Positions 54,826 to 63,194 of a stretch of DNA of 64,000 bases are shown here, piece by piece. The translations under genes and the position numbers were made by a program. Each line of letters begins with the position of its first letter. The stretch's first letter is position 1. Source of the stretch: Candidatus Parcubacteria bacterium (GTDB taxonomy: Bacteria > Patescibacteriota > Minisyncoccia > JACPXH01). The notes beneath the pieces are model-generated. The model was not told the origin of the DNA and made no database searches. It saw only the letters and a list, made by a program, of their open reading frames with translations. The stretch is from contig JACPXH010000006.1 in assembly GCA_016196625.1 (NCBI GenBank), positions 32,660 through 96,659 on the forward strand. The letters are read 5' to 3'.

Positions 54826-55218
54826 TTATGGACAGTTCGCCGCTTTCGTGTATCCGGCTTGCTCTGCCTCCGCGATCGTCGCAAACCAAATGCGGTTTTC
54901 TGGTTTGATGCGGTTGGCAGACGCGCAATCCTTCGGGTAGTAGCGTTTGCCGTTGCGGCTCGCAAGGAAATTCCCTTGCGCTTGGGTTTTTAACTGTTGA
55001 CTTGCGGTTTGGCTGCTAGCAGTGCTCCCCTCTTCCCGGACAAATAGTTTTTGCAGGTCCACTTCGTGGAGCGTAACCGGCGGTTTCGGATGCGGCGTAG
55101 TGAGCCGCCCGAGGCCGAAACTTCCGAGCGCCACAAGACCAACTGCAAGACCCACGAGAATGTCGCGCTGCCAGTCGGCCCAGAGGACCTTGATTTTCTC
55201 GAGGAAGTCAGCTAACAT
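54826..55218 (-). CDS. membrane-anchored protein with C-terminal Ada-like metal-binding ('YxxxC...RpC') domain
   Basis: N-terminal TM helix. C-terminus KRYYPKDCASANRIKPENRIWFATIAEAEQAGYTKAANC resembles the Ada N-terminal zinc-binding / 'sunset' domain family. Confidence 0.4.
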   Translation of the reverse strand: MLADFLEKIKVLWADWQRDILVGLAVGLVALGSFGLGRLTTPHPKPPVTLHEVDLQKLFVREEGSTASSQTASQQLKTQAQGNFLASRNGKRYYPKDCASANRIKPENRIWFATIAEAEQAGYTKAANCP

Positions 55219-55222
55219 TATT

Positions 55223-55317
55223 AAGCTTTTAGCTTCTAGCTTTTAGCTTTTAGGACGAGACGATTGGTCGCATCACATTCGGAAGCTAAAAGCTATAAGC
55301 TAACAGCTAAAAGCTAA
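55223..55317. repeat. inverted heptamer arrays (AAGCTTTT AGCTTCT AGCTTTT AGCTTTT AG / ~30 bp loop / AAGCTAAA AGCTATA AGCTAAC AGCTAAA AGCTAAG)
   Basis: Near-perfect long imperfect hairpin that fills the divergent region between the 54826..55218 gene and rpmA. Confidence 0.75.
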
Positions 55318-55320
55318 GAA

Positions 55321-55599
55321 ATGGCCAAACAAAAAGCAACTGGTTCTACACGGCTCGGCCGCGACTCTCAGTCCAAGCGCCTCGGGGTCAAGCTCTACGA
55401 CGGGCAGCTTGTCCGACCTGGCAACGTGCTCGTGCGCCAGCGCGGCACCAAGATTTTCCCCGGCATCAACGTCCGGCGCGGGAGCGACGACACGCTCTAC
55501 GCCGCCACAGCCGGCAAGGTGAAATTTGTCGGCAAAACTAAGGTCCGCTTTGACGGTCGCCGCCGGAAGGTGAAAGTGGTAAACGTGCTGCCGGGTTAA
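55321..55599 (+). CDS. rpmA: 50S ribosomal protein bL27
   Basis: [24 protein letters not shown]... is the canonical bL27 sequence. Confidence 0.9.
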   Translation: MAKQKATGSTRLGRDSQSKRLGVKLYDGQLVRPGNVLVRQRGTKIFPGINVRRGSDDTLYAATAGKVKFVGKTKVRFDGRRRKVKVVNVLPG

Positions 55600-55656
55600 A
55601 CTTTGGTTGACAAAGCGTGCTTTCGACAGAGCGAGCGCAAGTATTCTTGTTAAATA

Positions 55657-55685
55657 AGGCCGCGCGCCCATGGGCGCGCGGCCTT
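55657..55685. terminator. bidirectional hairpin (GGCCGCGCGCCC-ATG-GGCGCGCGGCC)
   Basis: Perfect 12 bp GC stem between the convergent rpmA and rplI. Confidence 0.6.
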
Positions 55686-55688
55686 AGA

Positions 55689-56141
55689 TCAATCCACTGC
55701 CGCTGCTTCCGCAATCACCTTTATCCGCGCTTCCAGTCCGTGCTCAAGGTTGAGCACCACATCATACTCACCCGGCTCTTTAATGGGCTCTTCCAGCGTG
55801 ATTTGCTCTTTGGTTAAGTCAAAGCCGTTTGCCTTTAGCTCTGTTGCGAGCATGGCTGCGGTAATCGCACCGAAGAATATTGCGGCTTCATTTACTTTCT
55901 CGGTAATGCGCAGCTCATAGCCGTCGAGTTTTCCAGTGAGTTCTTCGGCGCGCTTGAGCGCCGCTTCGGCCTCAGCCTCCAGTCTTTTTTTGAGCTGTTC
56001 GAGCTCTTTGAGTGCTGAGGGCGTGGCAACTTTTGCCAGCTTTTGCGGCAATAGAAAATTGCGGGCGTGGCCGTCGGCCACGTCTTTAACGTCGTACTTG
56101 CTGCCGAGGTTTTCGATGTCTTGGAGGAGGATGACTTTCAC
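55689..56141 (-). CDS. rplI: 50S ribosomal protein bL9
   Basis: MKVILLQDIENLGSKYDVKDVADGHARNFLLP is the bL9 N-domain. 150 aa. Confidence 0.9.
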   Translation of the reverse strand: MKVILLQDIENLGSKYDVKDVADGHARNFLLPQKLAKVATPSALKELEQLKKRLEAEAEAALKRAEELTGKLDGYELRITEKVNEAAIFFGAITAAMLATELKANGFDLTKEQITLEEPIKEPGEYDVVLNLEHGLEARIKVIAEAAAVD

Positions 56142-56229
56142 GGCGGTAGTTCGGGATTAGTAGCTAGGGGTTAGGGCGGTCGTCAATCGTCGTCCTAGCT
56201 ACGAACTACTAATCCTTAGATTCTGGTCT

Positions 56230-56499
56230 TTACTTAATTTCGAATTCGCTGAATTTTCCTGTCGCTTCACTCCATTCGAATTCCACTTTCTCCACTCGTG
56301 CCCAGCGCGGCCCAGTATAGCACCATTCCAAAAATGCTTTCAAGTTTTCCTCGGCGCCCTCCGCTACGATCGAGACGTTACCGCCCGAATCGTTGCAGGC
56401 CCAACCAGTAAGACTCAGTTCAGCCGCCCGCTCCTGCGCCGAGGTTCGGAAGAATACGCCCTGGACTAACCCGTGGACGGTAATGTGGAGACGCTTCAC
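56230..56499 (-). CDS. acyP: acylphosphatase
   Basis: VHGLVQGVFFRTSAQ ... GWACNDSGGNVSIVAEG is the acylphosphatase signature. The track ORF extends to 56553 through the 9-mer repeat array, so the start is probably a GTG near 56499. Confidence 0.7.
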   Translation of the reverse strand: MKRLHITVHGLVQGVFFRTSAQERAAELSLTGWACNDSGGNVSIVAEGAEENLKAFLEWCYTGPRWARVEKVEFEWSEATGKFSEFEIK

Positions 56500-56502
56500 C
56501 GT

Positions 56503-56610
56503 AGCTTCATTAGCTTCGAGAGCTTCACTAGCTTCACGAGCTTTGCGCCACACGTTTTTGGAAAGCTAACGAAGCCAAAGAAGCTAGCGAAGCTTCTGAA
56601 GCTACAACCC
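56503..56610. repeat. inverted 9-mer arrays (TAGCTTCAT TAGCTTCGA GAGCTTCAC TAGCTTCAC GAGCTTTGC / spacer / AGCTAACGA AGCCAAAGA AGCTAGCGA AGCTTCTGA AGCTACAAC)
   Basis: Same GAAGCT-based 9-mer unit as 11683-11760, present here as an inverted pair. Confidence 0.7.
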
Positions 56611-57825
56611 CTTCACCACCTCCACCGCCTTATCCAGTTGCGGATCCCGGTTCGCCTCGATATCCTTGGGGGTGCGCTCAATTACGATGTCCGGTTCAAG
56701 ACCGGATTTGTTGAGGTTTTGACCCTTCGGCGTAAGCCATTTGGCCACGGTGATTTTGATGCTCGAGCCGTCCCGGAGCTGCTCGAGCTGTTGAACCGAT
56801 CCCTTGCCGAAGGTTTTGGCGCCAATGAGCTTGGCGCCGCGGTTATCGCGCAGCGCTCCGGCCAGAATTTCTGAAGCCGAGGCCGAGCCTTCGTTGACCA
56901 AGATCACGACGGGTAGCCCCTTGAGTTTGTCCGGGCCTTGGGCGCGGTAGGAGTTCTGCTTGCCGTCTCCGAAATCTTCCGTCACGACCAGTGCCCCTCG
57001 CTCCAGGAACCAGCCGGCAATGGACTGCGCCACCTCGAGAAACCCACCGGGGTTGGAGCGCAGGTCCAGAATTATGCGCTTGGCGTCTGCCTTCAGCAGT
57101 TCGTTTGCGATCTTCCTGAAGTCTGTGCCTGCTTGTTCGGTAAAGTGAAACAGCTGCACGTAGGCGATCTCCGGTTCAACCGTGCGCCACGCAAGATTAG
57201 GCACCACAATCTGTTCGCGCACCACGGCAATCTCCCGGGGTTCTGGTTCGCCTTCACGGCCGATGGTGAGTTTAACCGCTGTGTCCTTGGGGCCGCGAAT
57301 TTTTCGGACTGCCTCATCCAGGCTTATGTCCACCGTGGCGGCCCCGTCGATTTTCAAAATGGCATCGCCCGGCAAGAGCCCGGCCCGTTTTGCCGGCGAG
57401 CCTTCCAGCGGGGAGATGACTTTGAGGACGCCATCGCGGATGCCGATTTCTGCTCCAATTCCTTCAAAGCTTCCTTTCACCTCGTCCGAGAACTGCTTGG
57501 CCTCGGGCGGATCGAAGAATACCGTATAGGGGTCACCGAGGCTTTTCACGAGGCCTCGTACGGCCCCGTAGAGGAGTTTCTGGCGGTCAATGTCCTCGCG
57601 ATCGGCATACCGCGCCTCCACGAGCCGCCACGCATCCCAGAGTATGCTCGCGTCCACCTCGGCCGGCTTTAGTTCGGCGTTGCGCACTCCCACTGGCGGC
57701 AGGGAGGGGAGGTTGGCGATGCGGTAGTTTGTGCCTACAAAAACTCCCAAGCCAAAAGCAGTTACCAACCCGATGAGCAGGACTGGGACGAGCTTCTGTA
57801 ACAAACTTTTGGCAGAGGGATTCAT
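56602..57825 (-). CDS. ctpA: carboxyl-terminal processing protease (S41, with PDZ domain)
   Basis: PDZ (GSPAKRAGLLPGDAILKIDG) and S41 catalytic region (RSNPGGFLEVAQ ... S/K dyad). N-terminal anchor. Confidence 0.85.
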   Translation of the reverse strand: MNPSAKSLLQKLVPVLLIGLVTAFGLGVFVGTNYRIANLPSLPPVGVRNAELKPAEVDASILWDAWRLVEARYADREDIDRQKLLYGAVRGLVKSLGDPYTVFFDPPEAKQFSDEVKGSFEGIGAEIGIRDGVLKVISPLEGSPAKRAGLLPGDAILKIDGAATVDISLDEAVRKIRGPKDTAVKLTIGREGEPEPREIAVVREQIVVPNLAWRTVEPEIAYVQLFHFTEQAGTDFRKIANELLKADAKRIILDLRSNPGGFLEVAQSIAGWFLERGALVVTEDFGDGKQNSYRAQGPDKLKGLPVVILVNEGSASASEILAGALRDNRGAKLIGAKTFGKGSVQQLEQLRDGSSIKITVAKWLTPKGQNLNKSGLEPDIVIERTPKDIEANRDPQLDKAVEVVKGL

Positions 57826-57830
57826 ACGTT

Positions 57831-58889
57831 TCAGTCGAAGAGTTGTTCCATGGCGGAGCGGATGTTGTCGTAGGTGCCGCCTTTCGGCACAAGCACGAAG
57901 GCGCCCTCAACGGAGGTTTCTTCCAGCAATCCTTCGGGCGCAGTGTCGAAAACCTTGCGCTTGGCGGGCATGGCTCCGAGCCGCGCAGCAACCCCCAAGA
58001 GCGCTTGGACTTCCTCGGTGCTTGCATCGGTCAATACATGGCTCGCAATGCTGTCGAGGATTTTGTTGAGCGTGACAGGGTTTGCCAAGATTCCGAGCGT
58101 GAGCACCTTGTCTTTGAGCGCCAGCAGCACTTGTTGTTGTCGGCGGGCGCGGTCGAAATCGCTCGTGGCGAACCGTGAACGGACGTAAAAGAGGGCTTGT
58201 TCGCCATTCAGGCGGTTTGGGCCGGCTTCAACCACGAAAGCGCCGTTGTGGGCGGCGAAGGCCGGATAGCCAGTCCACTGGGTTGGCTCTACGAAGGGTT
58301 CTTTGAGCGTTACGTCAACTCCTCCGACCGCATCCACGATTTCCCGGAAGGCTTCAAAATCAACGCTCAGCGCGTGATCAATCTTGTAGCCGGTAATTTC
58401 GCTCACCACGCGCTTAGCATACGCGAGTCCGCCGCCGCGGGGGTGGCGCTCCTCACCGCGCGCGTAAGCCGCGTTGATCCGCTCGCGCGCCCCGTGGTTG
58501 GGGATGCGGACAAAAAGATCCCGGGGGATGGAGACGAGCGCGACCTGATTGCGTTTGGTGTTGATGACGGCCATGAGCAGCGTGTCCGTGAGCAGTCCCC
58601 CATCGGGATCTCCGCGACCCCGCAAGCCCAGGAGCAAAATGTTGATGCGGTCGGGGTCTTCCTTCGCCACGAAATCGGCCTGAGGAAGGATTTTCGCCTC
58701 GTCGATTGCGCCCGCCACACTGATGTGATTTATGGTGTAGCCGGTTTTGCCGAACAGAGCCGAAAGCGCCACCACGATCACCAGCATCATCCCCCACAGC
58801 CACCAGCGCCTCCGTCTGTGTCGGGGGCGCGGTTCGATGGCGGGGCCGGTTTTGGGCGGGATCGAGTCGGGCATGGCTACTGGAACCAC
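57831..58889 (-). CDS. LytR-CpsA-Psr (LCP) family protein
   Basis: N-terminal TM helix. LCP core (NILLLGLRGRGDPDGGLLTDTLLMAVINTKRNQVALVSIPRDLFV). Confidence 0.85.
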   Translation of the reverse strand: MVPVAMPDSIPPKTGPAIEPRPRHRRRRWWLWGMMLVIVVALSALFGKTGYTINHISVAGAIDEAKILPQADFVAKEDPDRINILLLGLRGRGDPDGGLLTDTLLMAVINTKRNQVALVSIPRDLFVRIPNHGARERINAAYARGEERHPRGGGLAYAKRVVSEITGYKIDHALSVDFEAFREIVDAVGGVDVTLKEPFVEPTQWTGYPAFAAHNGAFVVEAGPNRLNGEQALFYVRSRFATSDFDRARRQQQVLLALKDKVLTLGILANPVTLNKILDSIASHVLTDASTEEVQALLGVAARLGAMPAKRKVFDTAPEGLLEETSVEGAFVLVPKGGTYDNIRSAMEQLFD

Positions 58890-59905
58890 TGATGCATATC
58901 GCGGCTGGACACCCGGCGCTTGGCCATAATGAGGCGCCGTTTCAAGAGTGCTCTCGGGAGCAGTCTGAGTGTTTCCCCAAGCGCGCGTAAGGTCGTCGGT
59001 TCAGCGAAGAGGACGTACAGCCACGAGGCGACTTCCTTGGCCAACCACCACGGCAGGTCAGCGAGGGCGTTGAGGGCTAGGTCGTTTTTAACGACGAGGA
59101 GGCGGGCGTTTTTCCACGAGTGGTACTTGGCGAGTGCATTGATGGCGCTGCGTTCTCTCACGATCTCAAGAGGGTTGCGTGCGGCACTCCGGCCCGAGCC
59201 GCGCTGGTGCCAGGCGAGACAAGCGGGGTCGTAGACGATCTTCCAGCCGGCAAGCCTCGCCCGCCACGAGAGATCTACATCGTCTTTGTACATGAAAAAG
59301 TCTTCGTCGAGGTATTCGCAGCGATCTTGCAGGCAGAGCCTAATGTCTTCGAGCGCCTCCCGGCGCCAGAAGGAAACGGCGCCGTTCACGCCGAACACCT
59401 CGCCCGGCGCATTGTATTGGCCGTGATCCGTCTCGCCTTGGCCGCGGTCGATGATGCGCCGAGACTTCAGCATGATGAGACCAGTGGTATCGATAATATT
59501 AAGCGCGCGTTCGTCTTCGTCGGCCGAAAAGTCGTAGCGGTGCACCTTGCCTTGCACCGCAGCGATTTGAGAATCGCGGGCGAAGACGGCGAGGGCAAGT
59601 TCTAGGTACCGTGCGTCGAGCACGGCGTCGTGGTTGAGGAGCAACACCGTCTCGCCACGGCTCGCCACAATACCTTGGTTGACCGCGGCGCAAAATCCGA
59701 TGTTCGTCGGATTTTCGATGATGCGTATTCGTTCGTCCTCGTGCCCCCATTGCCGGACGATCTCAAGGCCGCCGTCATTAGAGGCTTGATCAATGATGAT
59801 CGTCTCCCAGTTCTTGCCGGTCTGTTCTTTAATGGAAGCGAGTACCGGCCCGAGGAAGCGGGCTGAGTTGAACGTAATGAGAATAATGCTGAAACGCGGC
59901 GGCAC
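58877..59905 (-). CDS. family 2 glycosyltransferase
   Basis: FSIILITFNSARFL ... DQASNDG ... LLLNHDAVL is the GT2 (GT-A) signature with DxD. Confidence 0.85.
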   Translation of the reverse strand: MPPRFSIILITFNSARFLGPVLASIKEQTGKNWETIIIDQASNDGGLEIVRQWGHEDERIRIIENPTNIGFCAAVNQGIVASRGETVLLLNHDAVLDARYLELALAVFARDSQIAAVQGKVHRYDFSADEDERALNIIDTTGLIMLKSRRIIDRGQGETDHGQYNAPGEVFGVNGAVSFWRREALEDIRLCLQDRCEYLDEDFFMYKDDVDLSWRARLAGWKIVYDPACLAWHQRGSGRSAARNPLEIVRERSAINALAKYHSWKNARLLVVKNDLALNALADLPWWLAKEVASWLYVLFAEPTTLRALGETLRLLPRALLKRRLIMAKRRVSSRDMHQWFQ

Positions 59906-59934
59906 GAACTGGTTTTACTTTACTTAGTCTTGTT

Positions 59935-61464
59935 TTACTGATGTTCCGTTGCAGGCTGGAGCTCGTGTTTTCCGGAAGGCCAAAGGGCGAGCATAATTAC
60001 CGTGAGCGCCAAAAGCCACACACGGCTTTGCAGTAGTACCACATCAAACATGCTATACCCTGCCGCCCAAAATAGGAACGCGCCCACAAAACTTGCGAGC
60101 GGCGGCTGCAGCATGGTCGCACCCAGGCGCAGACTCTCGCGTAGTGTCGTCCAGCCGAGCCACAGGAAGACACCCAGCCCCGCAATGCCCAGTTCTGCGG
60201 TCAGCTGCAGATAGAGGTTGTGAGCCGAAGATCCTTTTTTGCTCTCCCGCGGGCTTTGCTCCAAAATTAGTGGGTAGTTCCCCAGGCCTACGCCGAGCAG
60301 CGGCCGGTGGACAATTGCAGCCAAGGTCGTTTTCCAGATGCGTAACCGCCCCTGATTAGAAATTTCAGAGATGTCCGTAATCGTAAGCGCGCGTTCGTAG
60401 ATGATTTCCGAACTGGTGCGTTGGTTGGAGGCAAGTTTGAGCAGCAGCGAAGCTGCCGGGAAGAGGGCAAAAAAAAGAACGATGGTTGCCGCTACGATGC
60501 CCGCATGAAGGCGGGAAATGTATTGGCTTAAGGTCGGCCACCAACGGCGCAACGTTTGAGGCAGGAAGACGAGCGCTGCTGCCAGCACCGGCAGGGCCGA
60601 AATCCACGTGCCGCGCGAGCCAGACAGGATGATGCCAAGCAGAACCGCGATAACCAGGGCCCACCACCGCCAGCGTTGGCGGGCCCGTGCGGCGGTGCTC
60701 GTGGCTCCCAAAAGGACAAGCGGGATGCTCAAAATGAGCCACATGGCAAAGGAGTGCGAATCCGGGAACACTGAGAATATGCGTAGTGTTGGGGGGGTCG
60801 CGGGCAGGAAGTTGAACCACGAGTTGGAAACCAGCAGCACCTGACTTAATGCTTCGCCAAAGAGCATGGGGATAACGGACAGCGCCCAGAAACTCCAAAA
60901 CGTATTCAGGCCCAATGCCTTGACCAAGACGAGCTGCAAGAAACCTATTAGAACGACGATGACGATACCAGTGCAGAGCGCCCGGGTCAACACCTCGCGC
61001 TTTCCCCCTCGGCCGATGTGAGTCCCCACGATGGCCGCCAGCAGCAACGTGAGTACGAGAAACAGGAGTCTTTCCAGCGCAAAGGTTCGATCGGTGGCAA
61101 TTAGCACCGAGAGCGCAGCGACTCCTAGCAGCAGGTGGGCGCCGATCACAAGATGCTTGGTTGCCGGAGTGTCCGGGGACATTCGGTTCGAGGGGCGTGC
61201 CGGCCGCTCGAGCCACGCGCGTAGCCCCAAGACGGGAATAAGGAATATCCAGGCGTTCAAGTTGTCGCTTGGGCCGAGCGTGAGTGCGGGCAGAATCGGC
61301 ATTGAGGCCAGAAAGAGTGCCAAGCCCTCTTCGAGGGGCGAACACGCTACGAAAAACAGAGCAAGCCCGGTCCAGATAAGGAGTGCTTCGCGCGGGAGCA
61401 CGCCGAGTGCCACGATCGCACTGGTGATGACGAGCAGCGTCAAGAGGACCGTGCGTGAGCTCAT
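59935..61464 (-). CDS. O-antigen ligase / Wzy-like polytopic membrane protein
   Basis: More than 10 TM helices. A periplasmic loop with RGxWISAL-like motif and NLYLQLTAELGIAG is typical of the O-antigen ligase/polymerase (Wzy_C) family. Confidence 0.5.
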   Translation of the reverse strand: MSSRTVLLTLLVITSAIVALGVLPREALLIWTGLALFFVACSPLEEGLALFLASMPILPALTLGPSDNLNAWIFLIPVLGLRAWLERPARPSNRMSPDTPATKHLVIGAHLLLGVAALSVLIATDRTFALERLLFLVLTLLLAAIVGTHIGRGGKREVLTRALCTGIVIVVLIGFLQLVLVKALGLNTFWSFWALSVIPMLFGEALSQVLLVSNSWFNFLPATPPTLRIFSVFPDSHSFAMWLILSIPLVLLGATSTAARARQRWRWWALVIAVLLGIILSGSRGTWISALPVLAAALVFLPQTLRRWWPTLSQYISRLHAGIVAATIVLFFALFPAASLLLKLASNQRTSSEIIYERALTITDISEISNQGRLRIWKTTLAAIVHRPLLGVGLGNYPLILEQSPRESKKGSSAHNLYLQLTAELGIAGLGVFLWLGWTTLRESLRLGATMLQPPLASFVGAFLFWAAGYSMFDVVLLQSRVWLLALTVIMLALWPSGKHELQPATEHQ

Positions 61465-62621
61465 GCCGCAGTGGTAAGTTGATGGAAGACGTCGGTGATG
61501 ATGCGGGCGGTTTTCTCCCAGCGGAAATTTGCGCTGTGCGCGCGTCCCAGTTCCACCCGGAGCGTCCGAAGCCGCTCGTTGGTCAGCACGTTGTGGATGG
61601 CGACCGCAATTTGTTCCGCGTCAGCGGGGTTGCCGACATACCAAGCGGCTTCCCCGCCTGCTTCTGTGAGCGCGTGTGCGCGGTTCGTGAGCACCGGCGT
61701 GCCACAGGCGAGCGATTCAATGACCGGCAGCCCGAACCCTTCGTAGTCAGACAGGTATACCGTGAGGGCGGCCGTGCGGTAGAGCGCCGCAAGGTCTGCC
61801 TCCGGCACGTGATGCTTCCAGATTACCACGGGACGTCCTGCGTTCGCATTTAGGTGCGCGATGCGTCGTGCCACGTCAAAGGGTGGTCGGGTCTCATTGC
61901 GGCCGATGAGCACGTACTGCAGGTCGCCAAATTCGTTCGCGAGCGCCTCAACCGCATATAGCACTTGGGGGATGTGCCGGCGGGTGAAAATTGTGCCCGG
62001 AGTCAACAGAAAACGTCCGCCCAGATTATAGTCCTTTTTCACCCGCTCGGCTTCCCCGGCTGGCAGAGGCTTGGAGAAAACCGGATCGGCAGCGAGGGGG
62101 GCCACCGTGATGCGTTTTTCCGGCAGCCGATAGAAGCGCATGATCTCGCTTTTGGTGAACGCAGACGGTACGACGATCGCTGCGGCCCGTTCGGCCGACC
62201 AGCTGGCCATGGTGCGGAACACCCACCGCGTCTTGAGGGTCAGCCACTCGGGGTGCGCTTCGTAGGAAATGTCTTGGATCATGGGTACGGCCTTGCCGCG
62301 AAACAGCGGGCTCACCAGATACATGGGGCTAAACAGCACGTCCACATGATCTCGGCGCGCCGCCCGGGCCAGGCCGAAATACCGAAACACGTTGGTTGAA
62401 CCGCCGAGGATTCGTGGCGTCCCCCACGTGAGCGCCTGAATGTCGTCAGAAACAGCCTTCCGGAAATACAAGTTTGCAGCGAACGGTTTGGTCTTCGCCC
62501 ACTCGTGAAGCAAGTTCTTAAGCACCCGGCCCACGCCGGTGCGTTCTCCTTCCAGTTGATGGCAATCAATGCCGATGAGCATGATTTGACTTGCAGGATA
62601 CTTCTTGCGGCTATGCATTCT
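61461..62621 (-). CDS. family 4 (GT-B) glycosyltransferase
   Basis: EGFGLPVIESLACGTPVL (EX7E motif) and the Rossmann pair. Start probably MHSRKK (62621). Confidence 0.85.
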   Translation of the reverse strand, partial: RMHSRKKYPASQIMLIGIDCHQLEGERTGVGRVLKNLLHEWAKTKPFAANLYFRKAVSDDIQALTWGTPRILGGSTNVFRYFGLARAARRDHVDVLFSPMYLVSPLFRGKAVPMIQDISYEAHPEWLTLKTRWVFRTMASWSAERAAAIVVPSAFTKSEIMRFYRLPEKRITVAPLAADPVFSKPLPAGEAERVKKDYNLGGRFLLTPGTIFTRRHIPQVLYAVEALANEFGDLQYVLIGRNETRPPFDVARRIAHLNANAGRPVVIWKHHVPEADLAALYRTAALTVYLSDYEGFGLPVIESLACGTPVLTNRAHALTEAGGEAAWYVGNPADAEQIAVAIHNVLTNERLRTLRVELGRAHSANFRWEKTARIITDVFHQLTTAA

Positions 62622-62622
62622 C

Positions 62623-62823
62623 TCACTCTGCTGTTGAGACATCTGCTTGGCGTACTATTTCGGCAATAAGGTGTTTGGAAATGTCGCCGCGGTGCGGATT
62701 GGGAATACGCAGCTTTAACGTTCCTCTCGCCATGAACAAATGGCGGCCGCCAGAATAGGGGCCGTCAAATCCCAAGCGCCGGAATTTCTGAACCAATTTC
62801 CTCCAAGAAATGCTTTCAGGCAT
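62623..62823 (-). CDS. HicA-like (YcfA family) putative toxin
   Basis: RKLVQKFRRLGFDGPYSGGRHLFMARGTLKLRIPNPHRGDISKHLIAEIVRQADVS follows the HicA pattern (G.H...., PH..DI....I..I..QAG). Confidence 0.5.
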   Translation of the reverse strand: MPESISWRKLVQKFRRLGFDGPYSGGRHLFMARGTLKLRIPNPHRGDISKHLIAEIVRQADVSTAE

Positions 62824-63061
62824 GCTTCGCGAACTCGCGCCGGCCGATCTTGATCCCAAAGCCCGGAATCTCCTCTCGATCCCTCACCTTCAACAGGAGC
62901 CAATCTTCCAAAACCTCCCGAAGTTCACCTCGGCAATCCTCGAGATTCTTCGCGTTCGCCCAAACACCTCTCAGTTCGGGAATTTCGCCGAAATAACCCC
63001 CGTCTTTCAGTAATTTATAGCGGGCGTTTTTTAGCTTTTTCTCAATGTATTGACTAAGCAT
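62816..63061 (-). CDS. HicB-family antitoxin
   Basis: YKLLKDGGYFGEIPELRGVWANAKNLEDCRGELREVLEDWL is the UPF0150/HicB signature. Sits directly upstream of the HicA-like gene and overlaps it. Confidence 0.65.
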   Translation of the reverse strand: MLSQYIEKKLKNARYKLLKDGGYFGEIPELRGVWANAKNLEDCRGELREVLEDWLLLKVRDREEIPGFGIKIGRREFAKHA

Positions 63062-63076
63062 GGGTATACCGTACTA

Positions 63077-63187
63077 CACCCTTAATTCTGCCACAAGAGC
63101 ATGATCAGCTGGCCATGCCCACTCGCGCAGCAAATTTCCAAGCATCCAGCCTTCCAGCTGATGGCAACCAATGCCGATGAGCATGGG
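63077..63187 (-). pseudogene. 5' fragment of a GT4 glycosyltransferase paralogue
   Basis: 63146-63185 matches the 5' end of the GT4 gene at 62548-62590 at 34/36 nt. Translated, it gives MLIGIGCHQLEGWMLGNLLREWA, against MLIGIDCHQLEG...NLLHEWA in the intact gene. Confidence 0.35.
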
Positions 63188-63194
63188 TCAGGGG

